Shown here in pieces: positions 62,196 to 64,000 of a stretch of 64,000 bases of DNA. The notes beneath the pieces were generated by a model. The model saw only the letters and a list, made by a program, of their open reading frames with translations. It ran no database searches and was not told the DNA's origin. Position numbers and translations under genes: made by a program. Position 1 is the stretch's first letter. Every line of letters begins with the position of its first letter. Origin of the DNA: Porphyridium purpureum (lineage: Eukaryota); contig VRMN01000002.1 of assembly GCA_008690995.1 (NCBI GenBank), positions 992,001-1,056,000 of the forward strand, given 5' to 3'.

Positions 62196-63122
62196 ATGTG
62201 CGGGGAGGTTAAGACGGGTAGGGGGCACATTCGCGATTGTCTGCTGCGCTTCGTTCGCGACACTATTGTTCTTCCCTTGCAAGGACGGGGTATGTCTTTG
62301 CAAAACATTAGCATTGACATTCGGCACACGCTGCGCACGCTGCACTGGGGCGGGCGCAAGGAAACATATGAGTGTCGTAGAAAAAGCGATGGTGGGAAGC
62401 GCTACGATATCGTTGCAGTAACACCAGAATCTGGTTGTCCCCGTCCCTGTATTGGCGAGATGCTACTGTTCTTGAAGATATCGTACACAACGTGTCCTGT
62501 CAATGTGCAGGCAGCAGAGTATCCAAACGCGCGAATGACGGTCGAGCACAATCCAACAGAGTGGAATGTCGCTGTGGTATCACCGTGGAACTTGTGTGCG
62601 TTGGATAGCTGCTACTGCATTATTGCCTCACCGGTGTTGCATCATTTGGTTGCAGATGATACCCTCGATAATCTGCTCTGCATCCGTGCGGAGCATATCC
62701 TCACAAAAGTTTGCGCACTCTTGGATGTGAATACACACGCCCACGACCGCAAATATTTCTGCCTTGATCCGTGTCGTCTCTTGCGAGTAGAAACATATGT
62801 GTAGAGGAAAGCATGTCGATGAATTTTGCCCCCTTCGCTCACTTTGAAGACCAACAATGCGATCCCTTCCGTAGCTCGTCCCGCTCTGCCTCGGTGTCTC
62901 CAGCCCACCCATGAGCGCGCGGCTCCACGGGTTTGCCTTTGCACATGCAGGGCCTCGAAGGCGTCCGGTAAATTGTTTACGCCGGGCGTAACGAAGCGAT
63001 ACAAAGTCACACCGTTCCCCAACACTACTTCGAGCTCCCAGCGAAGGAGAGGGAGGTGGTTTATGGATGAAAATGCCAGTCCTTATGGAGACAGCAAGCG
63101 AACCGACGAGAAAAACGAATGA
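62196..63122 (+). pseudogene. Stop-interrupted ORF, possible transposase remnant (Plavaka/CACTA-like C-terminus)
   Basis: ORFs 62196-62804 and 62826-63122 share a frame, separated by TAG and TGA; 'GGKRYDIVAV...GEMLLFL' motif. Confidence 0.35.
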
Positions 63123-64000
63123 CGCGCGGGGTTCAAAGCGCAAGCGTACCGGCGTCGAACCAGGTGTGGAGCCAGTGAGTCCACGCGCGGTGCCATCCCA
63201 TTTGGCTCGCGCAGCCCAGATGCAACGTGAACATGATAGTGCAAAGTCAATTGACATTGCGGATATCCGGCACTTGCACGACTTGGGTCGTGCGAGCGAT
63301 GGTATGGCGGTCAGTGACGACGACGGTCTTGTCCATCGACTGCTCCGCGTACTGATGTTCGCCACTGACGTGATAGAAGACCGTGCCCGGATCAAGGAGC
63401 TTGAGATGAGGGTAGCAGCATTGTCCCGGAAGGTCACAATATTGGAGACTCGGATACACGGGAGCGTCGCCGTTGACTCGCTGGATGTCAGCGATATTGA
63501 GACACCAAAGTCGGTAATTGGTGACGTGAGCCTTGCACAGTTCACGAGAGCCGCCCCGATATCGGACGCAGTAGCCGGGAATATCCGCGACATTTACACT
63601 CGTAGATGCGGCATCGCAAAAACATGGCTGCGTTCCATAGCCCCGCATGACAGACCTTACCCATATGAACTGGTTCTGGCAAGATACGCCGGATGACCAT
63701 GGTGGCCGGCCGTGGTGGTTCTCAGTATTGACGGACTTGGCCCTGAAGTTCTTATGAAAGGGTGCGTGCGAGATACCTCTGAAGAAAGCCGCAAGAAAGC
63801 CGACGAAGATGCGATGACATTGAGGAAGGGTTGCATCGTTGTCCGTTTCCTTGGGAAAAGCGCCGCATCTTTTGTGTGGGTCCTCATGGAGCACCTACAC
63901 ATATGAAGCACGATTTTACCCTTGCAGATGGTACGCCGAAAGGGCGCACAAAGCCATCGAAAGAGTTGGCGTCGGCGTATGCCATGGCGAAACAGTATGC
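63067..64000 (+). pseudogene. PWWP-domain gene with in-frame TGA and a downstream frameshift
   Basis: 'YELVLARYAG*PWWPAVVV...VVRFLG...FVWV'; helical end 'KELASAYAMAKQY' is in another frame. Confidence 0.7.

Noticed and set aside
62628..63593. 321-aa minus-strand ORF
   Set aside because: S/R-rich antisense shadow of the plus-strand coding-like sequence

Overview
Gene-dense, essentially intronless, GC-rich eukaryotic nuclear DNA. The many 'M..(A/G)FV' plastid transit peptides and the LPA1, RETICULATA-like and PDI-C genes suggest a unicellular red alga (Porphyridium-like); this is an inference. About 30 protein-coding genes are supportable, including CBP3/UQCC1-like, dCTP pyrophosphatase, isopropylmalate synthase, Rit1, telobox Myb, DBP5, omega-3 desaturase, tyrosine aminotransferase, LPA1, ketopantoate reductase, a GT2/GT7-like glycosyltransferase, Rab1, PC4, DRG, PDI-C, Mpv17, Gemin5-like, Vps39-like, RCL1 and an aquaporin. 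A transposon cluster at 28.0-35.0 kb holds a probable solo LTR, a 729-bp element with 124-bp perfect TIRs nested in it, and an intact, very young 5.44-kb Copia (GalEa-like) retrotransposon with apparently identical 418-bp LTRs and a TCCGG target-site duplication. The most interesting observations are four. (1) The Copia gag and pol are in one frame, split by a single UGA followed by an 8-nt spacer and a strong stem-loop (a readthrough signature), and the element has a palindrome instead of a tRNA primer-binding site. (2) An 866-aa protein fuses a Vps62-like ectodomain to a myelin-proteolipid (PLP/M6)-like tetraspan domain. (3) A TIMP/NTR-like domain is fused to a glycosyltransferase. (4) A non-coding structured region with a CCCTAACCCT telomere-template-like motif lies upstream of a telobox-Myb gene (speculative telomerase RNA). 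There are also tightly packed tandem genes (possible bicistrons), a probable 1-nt frameshift in LPA1 and a decayed PWWP/transposase-like region. All family assignments are motif recognition by eye; no database searches were run.
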